Below, in pieces: positions 35,050 to 48,052 of a DNA stretch of 64,000 nt (position 1 is the first letter of the stretch; each line of letters opens with the position of its first letter). The notes beneath the pieces were generated by a model. It had not been told where the DNA came from, did not search any database, and saw nothing but the letters and a program-made list of their open reading frames with translations. A program made the position numbers and the translations under genes. This stretch comes from Oopsacas minuta. Its lineage: Eukaryota; Animalia; Porifera. The stretch spans positions 42,397-106,396 of the forward strand of contig JAKMXF010000012.1 in assembly GCA_024704765.1 (NCBI GenBank), written 5' to 3'.

Positions 35050-37203
35050 TCAAATGTTGTTATAATCAACACCTAAAGATAGAACAGTTTTATGAGATTT
35101 CTCAAACATACCTTGTGGAACGCCACTTGACACCTTACCTTTCATAGTTCCAGTTTTAGTTTCAGTTTCGATTGGTTCTGTTTCTTGTGATTTCAGATAT
35201 TTTTCTACCCGAATTTCTTTGTCAGAAAATATTTCTAGAAAGAATTCCCGCTCGATTTTAGGTTGGAATGTGCAGGGTATAAGTAAATATTTTTGTTTAC
35301 TTCCAAGTTTTGTTTGTTTGTGTATCTCTTCTCGGTTTGTAAACACTGTATTGTCGTAAACAAGTTCATTCGAAAGCTCTGAGGAGATGTGTTGGAAATC
35401 TTTTAGAATGTAAAAACCAATTCCAACAATTTGATCCACTGGCTGTGCTACTTTTGGTGCCACTTTGGGTTTAGAGTTAGTGGTAGCTTTTTGTATAAGT
35501 GGCTTAGTTGAAGTTTTCGTAGACATTTTTGGCATTTTTTCTGATTTACCATGGTTACCAACTTTGGTATGTGATTGGGTTGCTAGAATTTTCTGACGCA
35601 TATATATGTCAACTTTTGTCGCTTCCTCGCCAATTTGGAGCTGATAAGACGGATTCTTCAAAAAGCTTGGATGCTTCGGGCCCCCGCCTGCCGAATTTCC
35701 ACTCCATTTCCCTGAAAAAAACCTCCTAGAATGGAATTCGAACTGATACTCTTCAACTTGTAAATTTTGAGAATTTGAATGAACACTTAATACCCATTTT
35801 AGTGTCACATTTGGGAAATATGTCGATGGTATCGCGACACAAATTTCATTAGCTGACAATTGTGGCATTTTGAACTCAACCGACACATTTCTTCGATTCA
35901 CAAAAGTGGTTTTAGCCACTAAATTGTCACCTACAGCCTGCCCAAGGGCAAATCCTGAAAATGGATCAATTCGGATCACAGTGATACCAATTTGATCATA
36001 GTTTAATTGTGGACGAGTTCCTCTTTGATCTTGTTGTGTCAACGTAACTGAAACTATGCCACCAAAAGGTGCTACAATATGGAACTTGGGATTAAACCTC
36101 CAACTCCAATAATTCGAGCAACCCCCAAATTCCTTGTTGCCAGGGAAAATCGAATGAAATGTTCCTGAGAAAGACTTGAATTGGTTTTCCATTGAGAGTC
36201 GACTGATGTAAACACGGTTAAAAAAGGTGATAAATTCATCATATGACATCAAGAAATCTCCAGCTGGTAGTTCATCACCAGGGACACCTACCACTTTAGT
36301 TAGTTCCAATTTCTTAGTTCCATTTTGCCAGATTTCTGAATCGCGGCTAAACAAACCTGAAAATTCTGAATCACATCTCGCATTACGAATTTTCACGAGT
36401 TTATATTCAGCATTTTTGAATAGACCAATCAGAGCATAGGCATGATTTGTTGAAATGCCACTTCGATATTTCACACCTAAATCCACTTCAGCCACCGACA
36501 CACAATATCCAACACAAACCGCATCACCTTTCAAATGCGCATTCCATAAACATTCCCAGTCACATTCCTGCATCGGCTGCTTAGCAACCGTTTTACCACC
36601 ATTTATCGTATAATCTAAAACTGGAACGCCGGTCAGATCGTAGAGAGCTTCGGACATATTTCCACCATGTAAATTCGCATATGATCCATAAATCTTGGCA
36701 TATGCTTTCTCGAGTAAAGACAGCCACCATTCATTCTGACACCTACTGGCTTCATCCACACAACGGGCGAAAATGGGGTAACCATGGAGATCGCAAGGAA
36801 TGTTGTCGTCAATTTCTACACCTTCCCATTGACTGTTGTGAAAAAGTAAGACTGTTAGTTTACCATTTTGTGGGTAGCTTCCCACTTTGGTGAAAATATT
36901 ATAATAAATCCATTTTGGGTTGGCATGGACGATGGCACATATGGCAGCAGTTAAGTAGCAATTAGCTAAACCACCTTGTTTGATTCTATGACACATTCCT
37001 TCTTGTTCTAAAAATAAAATAGGCGGGGAACCTGTTTGGATATTTTCAGAGATTTGGACTGGACGCCGCCATATAATTTCATCTGAGTTATCAGTGAATA
37101 AATCTATGAACGCTTCTTTATTCAAAGTTTTGTAAATTGAGCGGAGGATTGGCGAGAAATTTGTGTCTTCAAATAAATTGGACTGTCCTGTCTGGCTAGC
37201 CAT
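35050..37203 (-). CDS. Calpain-family protease: CysPc + two domain-III (C2-like) units, no EF-hand or MIT seen; single exon; likely ATG at 37203
   Basis: IKQGGLANCY, WLSLLEKAYAKIYGSY..LHGG..SEALYDLTG, NHAY, IRN. Two GGC/GGG..NP motifs (GGCSNYWSWRFNPKF; AGGGPKHPSFLKNPSY) and IPSTY / IPCTF. Confidence 0.88.
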   Translation of the reverse strand: MASQTGQSNLFEDTNFSPILRSIYKTLNKEAFIDLFTDNSDEIIWRRPVQISENIQTGSPPILFLEQEGMCHRIKQGGLANCYLTAAICAIVHANPKWIYYNIFTKVGSYPQNGKLTVLLFHNSQWEGVEIDDNIPCDLHGYPIFARCVDEASRCQNEWWLSLLEKAYAKIYGSYANLHGGNMSEALYDLTGVPVLDYTINGGKTVAKQPMQECDWECLWNAHLKGDAVCVGYCVSVAEVDLGVKYRSGISTNHAYALIGLFKNAEYKLVKIRNARCDSEFSGLFSRDSEIWQNGTKKLELTKVVGVPGDELPAGDFLMSYDEFITFFNRVYISRLSMENQFKSFSGTFHSIFPGNKEFGGCSNYWSWRFNPKFHIVAPFGGIVSVTLTQQDQRGTRPQLNYDQIGITVIRIDPFSGFALGQAVGDNLVAKTTFVNRRNVSVEFKMPQLSANEICVAIPSTYFPNVTLKWVLSVHSNSQNLQVEEYQFEFHSRRFFSGKWSGNSAGGGPKHPSFLKNPSYQLQIGEEATKVDIYMRQKILATQSHTKVGNHGKSEKMPKMSTKTSTKPLIQKATTNSKPKVAPKVAQPVDQIVGIGFYILKDFQHISSELSNELVYDNTVFTNREEIHKQTKLGSKQKYLLIPCTFQPKIEREFFLEIFSDKEIRVEKYLKSQETEPIETETKTGTMKGKVSSGVPQGMFEKSHKTVLSLGVDYNNI

Positions 37204-39232
37204 ATTCAATCTAAAATTAGAATTAAACACGATTTCACTATTATTCCATTTACAAAGCGTTAAGTAGCGACACACAGTGAAACACAATATTATAACTGCG
37301 GAATTTTATGAAACTAAACTGAATTAAAGCAAATCAAAGCGGAACTGCAACTAATTAGACAGAATGAATCCTCTTATCCATTGAAATCCATAGACATTCG
37401 ACATCAATCAATAATTATAACACACATACACAGGGTGGCCAAAGTATTCAAAATTTTATGTTCTTATCCATAGTCCGAAATTCCGTTTTAGAAAGTGTCC
37501 TTGCTGGATTCCAAATTTAAAGAATGTTTAACACCTGAGACCGATTGTAATTCGCCAATTGGTATAAATTAGAAATTTGACCTAAAAACCGCGATTTTAT
37601 TGGTCAAAGAATTACTATACTTGACCAATGAATTTCTACCTTTTGATTGCAGTAATTACAAAATTCAACAAAACTGACTCACTGGAAGCTAGTCAGCTAA
37701 AATGTGGTTATTGATTTGTGATACTTAAGACATACAATATTTGAAATTCATTAACTTTGAAGATAAATTGTCATCGCAGATAAGTTGTTGGGTAGTTTGA
37801 GTTGAAATTATATCAAAACTGAAACGATTAGAAATGATTCATTCACACTACTGGCTTGGCTAATCTACATATTATATATATCGCCATCAGTATATTATCA
37901 AAAACATCAAGTCAAGTCAGTAACTATTTAGCCCAGCATTTGTCATATTAAGTAAGTTGAAATTTTTTGAGAGAGTAATCATAGAATTTTAACTTACTTA
38001 ACTCATACATTCAGTGATTGTAAGAATATGACACTGGGTATATGAAAATTTGTAAATGCAGTGGGTCTTCTCTAATCGTCACTATTCATGCATTAATCAC
38101 TTAAATGTTCGCTTTGAACCCCATTGCCAACTGGTAGACAATTAGAGAGGTCACTTTATCTAATTGAAATCATTTCACACCTATGAGAAAGGTTACAAAT
38201 ATTACATATCTTCATGTAGACTAGTTCTATTTACGTAAATGTGATTTGTATTAGAACGCAATGCTTATTTGAAGCTGCAAATTGATTGGCTATAAACATC
38301 ATCTATGATTTCGGCGCCTGAATTTTATGGCAGAGAATTCGCGGGCCAAAATGTAAGCATCCTACTTCCCGCCTTATTAAATTAAGTGTTAGTTAGACAT
38401 ATTTTAATGTAATGAAAACAAATATTAATATAGCTGTATATTTCTACTCGCTATACTTGCAATGTTTACATAAATAGCACATACTATAACATTACGAATG
38501 AATAATACGTCAACTCCACAAGCGGGGTGTTAGGGACGCCGAAAAATGCTACCCCGTTTCCTCGTTGGTGGAGATACATTTATATGGACCAAGAATTCGC
38601 TCTAAGTATATACACTCCGTTTCCACAGGCCATGTTTGTGGAGGTTTCACTGTAAGTGTGGTTGCATTTTGGCAAAGAAAAGTGTAGCGACCACTTCTTA
38701 TATGACTTACGAGAATTCATGTACATAATCATTTCACCAATCCGAGGAAAATAATCTGTAATATGTAATATGTAACTTTGCCGCGTGAGTTAAAATCACA
38801 TATTTCAAATCTTTTTAGAAATTCTGATAATAATTAGCCCAAAAGGCGCCATTTGGAACCAAATAATTCGTTAGAATTTTGAAAAGGAAATATGATCAGA
38901 AAGGATTTGTGCGGACTGCTAATATGGAGTGCGGGAATATTTTTGTCATATGCACATTATAAACAGCTGTATATAATTATTAATAATAAGCTCTAATTAC
39001 AGATTATAAATATTTTATGGTAATATCAAAGAAGTGATATATTTCTATAGTTCCATATTGCATCAATATAATTTGTTAGAGAATGGTACAGATATACAAC
39101 TGGTCAATTGGAGAGAATAGCGCCAGACGAAAAATAATTCTAACACAAAATATATTTCCTAAAGCTAATGAATATTTGTCTGGTTTATGGGTGAAGAATT
39201 CGCAGCTATAATTAGATTATAATTATCGATTA

Positions 39233-39357
39233 CGGTAGACACCGGTTATAAGAACATCCTTGTGAGTAGCAAGACATGCTCTTATAACCGGTATAAATAT
39301 ACAGGAATATATGAGAACTGTTATCCAGATGATGGTGCTTATATCCGGTATACACTG
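39233..39357. mobile_element. MITE family B (C(A/G)GTAGACACCGGTTATAAG ... CTTATATCCGGTATACACTG). Copies about 46901-47013 and partial about 18166-18220
   Basis: Inverted termini with TA flanks and a near-identical internal sequence in two copies. Confidence 0.75.
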
Positions 39358-42300
39358 TACAGATTAATGTTTGGAGACTATTCTGGTGTCCATATGTGTC
39401 AACCTTGAGACAGAATATAGCCCCAAGGGTCAATTGAGTTGGTCTTGGCAACGAATAGATTTGAACCTGCAACTCTCGATTGCTCTAGCATACAATAGAA
39501 TATCAAATTCATATTTCAAATCTCCAACATGTAACAACAAATTTTCAGCACTTTGTGGGTCAATTACAAATCAAATCGCTATTATCTTTCTTCCAGTGGT
39601 TCCTCCTGTACCAATTGGAACCTACTGCCCCCTTTCGGCCTCCAGGCTCAAATCCGCCATTTTTTTTTTACAATATGTAACACCAAATAATCAATCGAAT
39701 ATTAATAAATTCATGATCTGTCCAACACATCTGTAATTAGCTACATAAAATGAATTTGTACAAAATTTTGTGATGATCTGACATATTTTCGCCAAATCTG
39801 TTCATTTTTCAATTTGCATATTAATATATACTAAGGTGATTATTTCAGTGACATATAACGTCAATAAGATTAAGTAATTCTAATTTTAGAATAAAAATAT
39901 TTCGTAATGTTTTAGCATATTTATTTGTTTGTTTGTTCATAACCTGTAAACCGATTGAAAATATATAGAGTGAATTCCTGGTCTCATAACACGTCCTGCA
40001 TACAAATGAGCCTCCACAAGCGGGGTAGCATTCTTCGGCGTCCCTGACACACCCGTTGGTGGAGGCCAGGCTGTAATTAATTGAAACTACAAATTAGTGA
40101 TCTTTATTCATAAATCTGTTTGTATCTACATGATGTATTTCACGTGTGGCACAGTACTCTCATAATTATAATACTCACACAGATATCACTTAAACATTCA
40201 AATATCTTATTTCACTATAACATTCCAGCAAAATTCTGAATGGAGCAATTACCCACATAATATGTAATCATATGCCCGAATATATGAATATATTAATAAA
40301 CACATTCCTTTATAACTTGTAAGAATTACTTTGGCGCGTGTTCTTCTGACGGGAAAATGTAGATATTGGTTTTTGAACAGAAATAGAAAAGATGATCTGG
40401 CTTACCAGGTGGAAATTCTTGATTATAACGGTGGAAATTTAAAGAATTGTGGCATATATCCGCCACTTTTGCCACTTTATCTACTGCCAATTCATTGGTA
40501 AAACAGTTTCCATGAAATTTACGGGGAAACTGACACTTGGCCTGGTCCAAATGTGATCGTAAAAAGGGAGTCTACTGAGTTTTCTCAGAGCAAACATTAA
40601 TTGATTTTCCTATTTTTCATACTTTTCGATGATTCAATCTAGTATTTTACGTAAAGAAACCAAAAAGGAGAGATTACAAGAATAATTGTAAGAATTCTAG
40701 ATAATTGGTATAATATATTAAACAAAGAAATGACGTAAAATTGTGCAACTATTACTAAATATCTCACAAATATATTCAATATATGTAATGTTTATTTGGA
40801 TTTTTGGCGGGGGAAATACACAAATAAAACACTAAACATATCTAGCTATAAACTTGAAATTCGTTGTAGACTTGAAAAAGTATATGAGTATAAATATGTG
40901 AAAATATCTAAACACAATATTGACATTATTTTTAGAAATCACGAAGAGTCCTCTCCAAACAATTTTGGATATTCTTACTAATAAAAATCTTACAATCTAT
41001 TAGCAAGTAATATATTTCATAGAGAATTAATTAATGATAAAATGGAAAATCTGACAGAAAATATGCTATAAATCATCACACAAAATTATGCAACTAACAG
41101 TTGCGCTAGACTGCCAGATAGCTAATTACTATAATGCAATTTTCTCCATCAAAAGTAGTTATCAAAAGAAACCTTACTCAAACGAGTTGCAATATAATCA
41201 TTTTCAATGACTTATATGAAAATTAGCCCGCCTGGATTGATGGATTACTCAAATTTTTGATTTTCTTTTGAAGATATTGAAATATGTCCAAATTCCAATC
41301 ATTGCTCTTTTCATGAGAATAAAGTTACCTTTTCAATTTTGATTTCTCAGAGTTCAAAGGTTCACAGACGACAGCAGGGGTAGCGACCCGCTGTTGTCCT
41401 CTGTGAAGGGTGCCATGAGTACCAGATTTGGAACCGAAGACTAACCAAATACCAAATTAATTGTTATTCTCGAATGAATACAAATCACTATTCGATTAAC
41501 TAAAGAATATCAGCCTACATACGTTAAACCCTAAAATCTTATTGGGCCAGATGTTATGCCTACATTATTCCCACATCAGAAACAAGCATGTATGCAAAAA
41601 CGTGAATAATTATGACACCATTCTAAAAACACTAGCTTACCTAATAAAATAATCAAAACGGTAATTATATCATGATTGCCTAAAAATTTCCCCGCCCAAA
41701 AATACAAATGAGAATAATTATGTCGTTAAACCATAAAAATTGAATATTAATTAATTTGATTAGAACTTGTGCGTAGAACACTTAATATTTTACAGACTTT
41801 TGAAAATATTCAAACTCTGTCAATCACTGTATGGACACAATTAATTATTGATTTAGACAATTTACAAACTGTCATATATGAAAATATACAATTTAATTCT
41901 GGAACCACGTATATTTATTGCAAAAATCTATGATTAAATTAAAAGTCACCGCTCGTGGGAGATAAATTACATTCTCATATGAGTCCATTTTTGACCACAT
42001 TTTGAAATCCTGAAAATGTAACTGATGCCAAATTCATTGACAATATTCGAAAAATGGTTTCATCCAATTATATGCTTTCTGCCCCCCCCCCTCCTTCCCC
42101 TAGAGATCGAATTAAGTAATTAGACTTATTGCGCACTCAAATTGAAAGTAATATTTTTGTTCATTGTGCGTCGTTCGATTGTGTCACTTAAAAAGACAAT
42201 TTATATATCTGTAATTGTAATTAAAAGCAATGTTGTTTATTGAGCAATTGTGATTTAACATAGATAATTTGGTTAACGACAAATAGTGAAAATTTGCCAA

Positions 42301-43225
42301 ATATTGAAATTCAAATTCGGTTCAATTGTTCAATAAAGAAGCTTTGTTAAAAGTTCCGATCGAATTAGGAACTAATTTGCAGGTGAATCTGATAACTAAG
42401 CAAAATATTACAAACATTTTAACCTATCAGATTTGAGGGCTCAGCCATGTATAGGCTGTTATTCATTGTTAAATAAAATCTGATGTTATGCCTATCTGAG
42501 ACTGTGAATTGATTGGTTGTTGGGCTTATATATTTCTTTGTCGCATCCTTGCTATCTAATGCATATTATTATTTGGCGCATTTTCTATGAATAGAATTTC
42601 GTAATAATACATAAATTGAAATGGTAGATTGGAATTTGTATGTAATTTTAAAATATCTTTAGTAATGATAGGATAAATGAGATATTTTCGCTGAATAATA
42701 TTGGTCAAAATCTAATCAATAATATCCTCTGTAATAAACATCAAAAGTTAATCTTAGTTCACAAAGGAATTATAACAGCAATAGTTCCAAATTATGCATG
42801 TTTGTGTTGAGAAATATTTGAATATTTAGAAATTGTCAAATACGGTAGATTAATTAAATATCAAAAAGGTAGTATTATGGAACCAGAAAAATTTCTCTTT
42901 CTAAATGCGAATTAAACTCCAAATCAGTCCAATTATGTAAAGTACATGCGGGCTTAATGGACATATAGAGTATTGAAAGAATCAACAAATTGTGAACTAT
43001 TCATTACATGAAACTGAATACCTTTGGATAATATCAATTTCAAAAGTGCATTCTACAAAGGATATTACACACACACTATCTTGAAAATGGGGAGGAGATA
43101 ATTTCTCCAAAAGGAGTTCGATTCATAGTTTCATAACTACATATTAGTAAAAGTTCAAATCATGCACAACGTGTGATTTGTTATTTGATGATATGTTATG
43201 ATATATCTTTCCTAGTTCATAGAAT

Positions 43226-43630
43226 ACAGCGGAAACTCATTAATACGAACACCAACGGTTCGCTTTATCCAGAATTCGTTAACTGTGTTCGTACTAACGA
43301 GATTCCAGCATACTTGTGGTTGGAGGTCTTGATAGGTGAGCGCACGCTTTCCATTTTATGCCACAAAGAGCGCGATAGACCGTGAATTTCAAGAATTTAA
43401 AGTTTCATCACGTTTTTATTGCAATTTAAAAGCCATGAAGAGAGAATCAAATTTCACTTCGAAAAATCCCAATAATCGCAGTTGATCATATTCTCTATAC
43501 AGTGGAACTTCGTTAATTTGATCAACAACGGACGGTCAAATTCTGTTCGCTTTATCCAGAGTTCTTATATAACAAAATATCCACAAAAATTCGAGAAATC
43601 CCCCGGTTTATCAGGAGATTCATATTCCAC
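43226..43630. mobile_element. Two short pogo-like MITEs (about 43226-43310 and about 43500-43630)
   Basis: TIR-like ends CAGCGGAAACTC..TACGAACAC / GTGTTCGTA..GAGATTCCAGC and TACAGTGGAA / TTCCACTGTA, sharing GTTCGCTTTATCCAGA. Confidence 0.55.
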
Positions 43631-46600
43631 TGTAATCATACAAGGACATAGTTCTTGTACTAAAATGCTTTATCCAAATTCTATTTAGAATTACAATAAT
43701 TTAAAACCTCAATAATAACAATGATGAATACACCACAAGCCTGAATAAACAAATCACACACTTGTGTACTTAAATCATCATATTATTGACTCACTGACTC
43801 AAGCAAACAAATTTCTGTTAAATTAAAGATAAGATTCAAAGAATATAACCCTCATAATAATTTAATTCAGGACGTATGAATAAATACTAAACTGGCGCCT
43901 AAATTACAGCCACATAAAAGAGATATCGCCAGAATTGGGCGCCAAATAAAATCTGATCCATAAGCAATTTAATACTCGAGATAAATTATTCTTATAATTT
44001 TTATAATAACAGTTTTGAATTTGACCCGCCTGGATATGTGAGAGATCATCACAGAACTGGGAAAGTACATCTGTCCTACGAATTGAAAGTAATTCTGAAA
44101 GTATAGTGAATGTGTAGATATTACAGTTTAATGAAAGTTATCTCATGGGTTCATTTATTTTAATACTATTTCATAATACGTTCTTTGAAATAATTGCATG
44201 AGATACAACTTTTCGTGGATTTTCTTAAAATAGTATCTAAATACACTTGTGAAGGGAGTAACACTATAATGGAACTAAAGAACATTTCAATACAGTATTT
44301 AGTTGCCCCGTGTACATAACTGGTCAATTCCCACACCCGAATCGAGATTGTAGCACTTTTTGACGTCATAAAAGCACACATTTTCTCGGCAGTATTCGGT
44401 TAAGCGTAGTCTACTGTATTTTCAAAGGGATACAACTGCAGTCAAATATATCTGATCGATTAGTGTAATTTGGAGCTTGCCTTGGTTGAAATGACAAAAT
44501 TATTGTGAATATTTCCTAACACCTAATCACACAAAGCTTTGAAAGTAACCAATAGTGATAGAATAATTGTTAGTCAATCAGTTTTGGTTATAAAATCTTT
44601 GGTGTTGTATGAATTGATTTCATCAAATACAAATCTTCAAAAATCTGCATGCCTAAGTCCTGACAGCGTTGCTAGGAAATATCCGCTTACTGCACATGAC
44701 GTTGAATTTAGGAAAGCTCAAAGAGGAAAACATAATTACAAAAAAAATTGTGTACGGCAAAAATGATAACTCAACAAAATATGCGGTAGATTGAAGTACA
44801 CATATGAAGACATGCCTATTGTCCCGACTGTTGTTATGGTAAATATATAGTATTTATTATCGATCTTTTCTTTTGTGAATGTATTAACCATCAATTTACA
44901 GAGATAGATAGGGCAATAACCCTCAAATCTCTTTGGACAAGAACTTTTGTCACCTTTTCTAAGGAATTAAAATTTCCCTTAGATATTAGAAATATTCCTA
45001 GTTTTATCATATTCCATCTACATACCAAATTTCAAATTGGAACCGTATTACCAGTTCTTCAATCAATATTGTGTCAATTGAACGTTAGCATGACGTCATT
45101 AAAATGATGTTTACAATAATACTTGATTCGATAACTGTGATAATATAATTTCTGATTACTCCATTTCCGCTATAGTTGTAAGCACCATATTAATATTAGA
45201 TAATATTCACATAAACGAGCGATATACCATATAACATTATAGAAAGTACAGTTGTGGTGCTGCTTACAAGTATAGGAAATTAAGTTATAGCAAATGAAAT
45301 AATTAATTAGTATTGGAACATAATTAACTCGTATATGTAGTGATATTAGATAATGCACACTCATCTCCGTTAATTAAGTTAAACTACTACCCTGCAGGTC
45401 TCTGAGATGGGGCCAGAAAGGTAGTCATTTGCCCTGACCTCAAGCTCCAAGGGGCATCACAATATTTGGGTAATATGTAATTGGGAAGATTTCAAATCCG
45501 AGACAAAATGTCCCGTTCCCCCACTGTAACCGCCACTGCTGCTATCGTGCATGTCAACGGCCAACCAGACAGGAAAAGTAAATATTAATTAGGTTCATTA
45601 ATTTGATTCATATTGTGTTTGTGGTTGCTTAGAAACAAAACTGACAAAAGGAATTCAGGTATTGTATAGGGAAGAAAAGCAATAATACATTTTATCCATA
45701 AAATATACATTGCACAATCTAACAGCATAACAACCAATTTATCGACAAGGAATGTGGCTTAGCAAAATATATACATAACTTCATAATTAGATTCAAATTA
45801 AAGAATTTTATTGGATATTAATAATGTAAATTATGGTGCAATCTTTACAATTAAATTAGCGGGGAATTAGTGTATTCTGCGAAACGCGGATATGTAGTTA
45901 ATATAAACCCCCGGGTAAATTATCATATTGGCGCCTAAGTTAGTTGAAACAGTTTGAAGATGAAATAAATAATTAAGTTATTTGTTTACTTTAGCTGTTA
46001 ATAAACAGACACCTCTTAACTTGGCCAATATGGGTCCAAATAGTGCTAAATTGGCACAATTATGTGACCCATTTGGAATATTTGTCGTTTTGAGAATATA
46101 GCAAATTTATTAATATTATATTGTAAATGTTTAGTATCCAAAAAAGTCTCTAAATTCGAAATAAAAATTCTAAATTCAATTAGCAAGATTTTATCATATT
46201 TCAACACCTACTGGTTTAATATATTAAGCAATCTTAACAACCAATTGTGCAATAGTTATGCTAGCGATATTATCAAATATAAAATTGCAACTTAAAATAC
46301 AGTTTTGCCAGCTTGTACATTTTCCTTAACGTTTAGATATCCATATACGCGTATATGTAAGTAATCAATATGTCTGTTAATTGAATTAATGCAACTAATC
46401 TGTTTACAATGTCAAAAATTGTTTACGTTTTGTCAATTCAGTAATATATAATATTTAAAACGTATTTTCTAAATCTAATTAGCTGGAGTATCTTAACTTC
46501 TTATATTCGCCAACTATTCTGGCGGAATATTCTGACGTAAGTTTAGTATCATATCAAGCTCAAACGCGGCTAATAGCAGAATTGTTTCTCTTTTGGTTGT

Positions 46601-47449
46601 GAGACTACAGTTATGCCTCTGTTAGTTGGAAACATGTTTCAGCTCCACCGCCCGCATCAAATTCGGCTACCGCACGAATATTGTCATTATTTAACCATTC
46701 ACTAAAAGTGATCAGCTACAAAGTGAATAAACTAGTTCAATGTTAATCACTTTTTCTTCGTCTAGCATATTCTCAAATAAAATGTGGCTTTAGTCATTTC
46801 ATATTTTTTAAGGATGAACCAATTTTCCCACTGATACGATAATGATAATGAGTCACCTGCCCGCATATGGAGCTGAAATAAATTTCTCATTAACAATAGT
46901 CTTATAAGAACACCTTTGGGAGTAGCAATACATGCTCTTATAACCGGTATAAATATACAGGAATATATGAGAACCGTTATCCAGATGATGGTGCTTATAT
47001 CCGGTATACACTGTCTGTATTATCAAAATGCTATGTCCCGCCTAGATATATGAAAGAAAAATATAGATTAAGAATATTAGAACATTTTAGGATGATTATA
47101 AATTACCTCAAAAGGTGTGAAAATATGATTAATTTTTTAAGAAAAATCGTTCAATTTGTTTACCCGATGTAATCAAACACTAGATCTTTGTTTACAAATC
47201 ATTATTATTGATTTTGTAAAGAATCATAATTCTGACCAAACACAATTATACAAATAACAACAATATTGAAAACAACTACGCATATAAGTATTAGTCTAAA
47301 GTTCATATTCTGTAATCACGAGAAGAGTTGGATAATATAGTTTCATATAGTGAAAGCGGTTTCATAATACTCAACGATTTGTATAAATACATTCACTTCT
47401 AGAGGAAAATAACAAAGAAAATTCAAAAAGAATTCAAAGCACAAACAAA

Positions 47450-48052
47450 ATGTCTTTCTCACTAAAATTAAACATTCCTTCTTCACTCAACATGAAATTC
47501 CCATCACCAATACAATCACCAACTTTATGCATTAACTTTGAGGACGATTCAGATTTTGACGAGTCGGAATCTTCGCTTTGCGATGAGATCGTTGAAAATC
47601 CAGAATATTGCGACAAACAAGGACCAGCAAGGATCAACGAATACATATACCTAGGGAGCGAAGCACATGCCTCAGACTTCGATGTTTTGAGGGAAAACGG
47701 TATTGGCTTTGTCCTAAACGTGGCTAGTTGTTGTAAAAATTATTTTGAAGGGGGCGAGCTGGTATACAAAAACCTTCCAGTGCTTGACGTATGCGAGACA
47801 AATATCAGTGAAATATTTAACGAAGCATTCGACTTCATTGAAACCGTGAAACAACGTAATGGAAAAGTGTTGATACATTGCCAAGCCGGTGTTTCAAGAA
47901 GTGTCACAATCACCACTGCATACCTGATGAAAACTGAGAAAATTAGTATGAATGACGCACTCAAAAAGGTGAAAGAAACACGGAAATGTGCAGCACCCAA
48001 TTTTGGGTTCATGGTCAAATTAATGGAATATGAAGATGGTCTATCAATCTAA
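47450..48052 (+). CDS. Dual-specificity phosphatase 1 of 3 (catalytic domain, no rhodanese domain)
   Basis: GPARINEYIYLGS, VLIHCQAGVSRS, AYLM, APNFGF. Confidence 0.92.
   Translation: MSFSLKLNIPSSLNMKFPSPIQSPTLCINFEDDSDFDESESSLCDEIVENPEYCDKQGPARINEYIYLGSEAHASDFDVLRENGIGFVLNVASCCKNYFEGGELVYKNLPVLDVCETNISEIFNEAFDFIETVKQRNGKVLIHCQAGVSRSVTITTAYLMKTEKISMNDALKKVKETRKCAAPNFGFMVKLMEYEDGLSI

Noticed and set aside
39420-39490. tRNA-like B-box (GCAGGTTCAAATC on the minus strand)
   Set aside because: No acceptor stem, D-arm or cloverleaf. At most a SINE remnant; not called as a tRNA.
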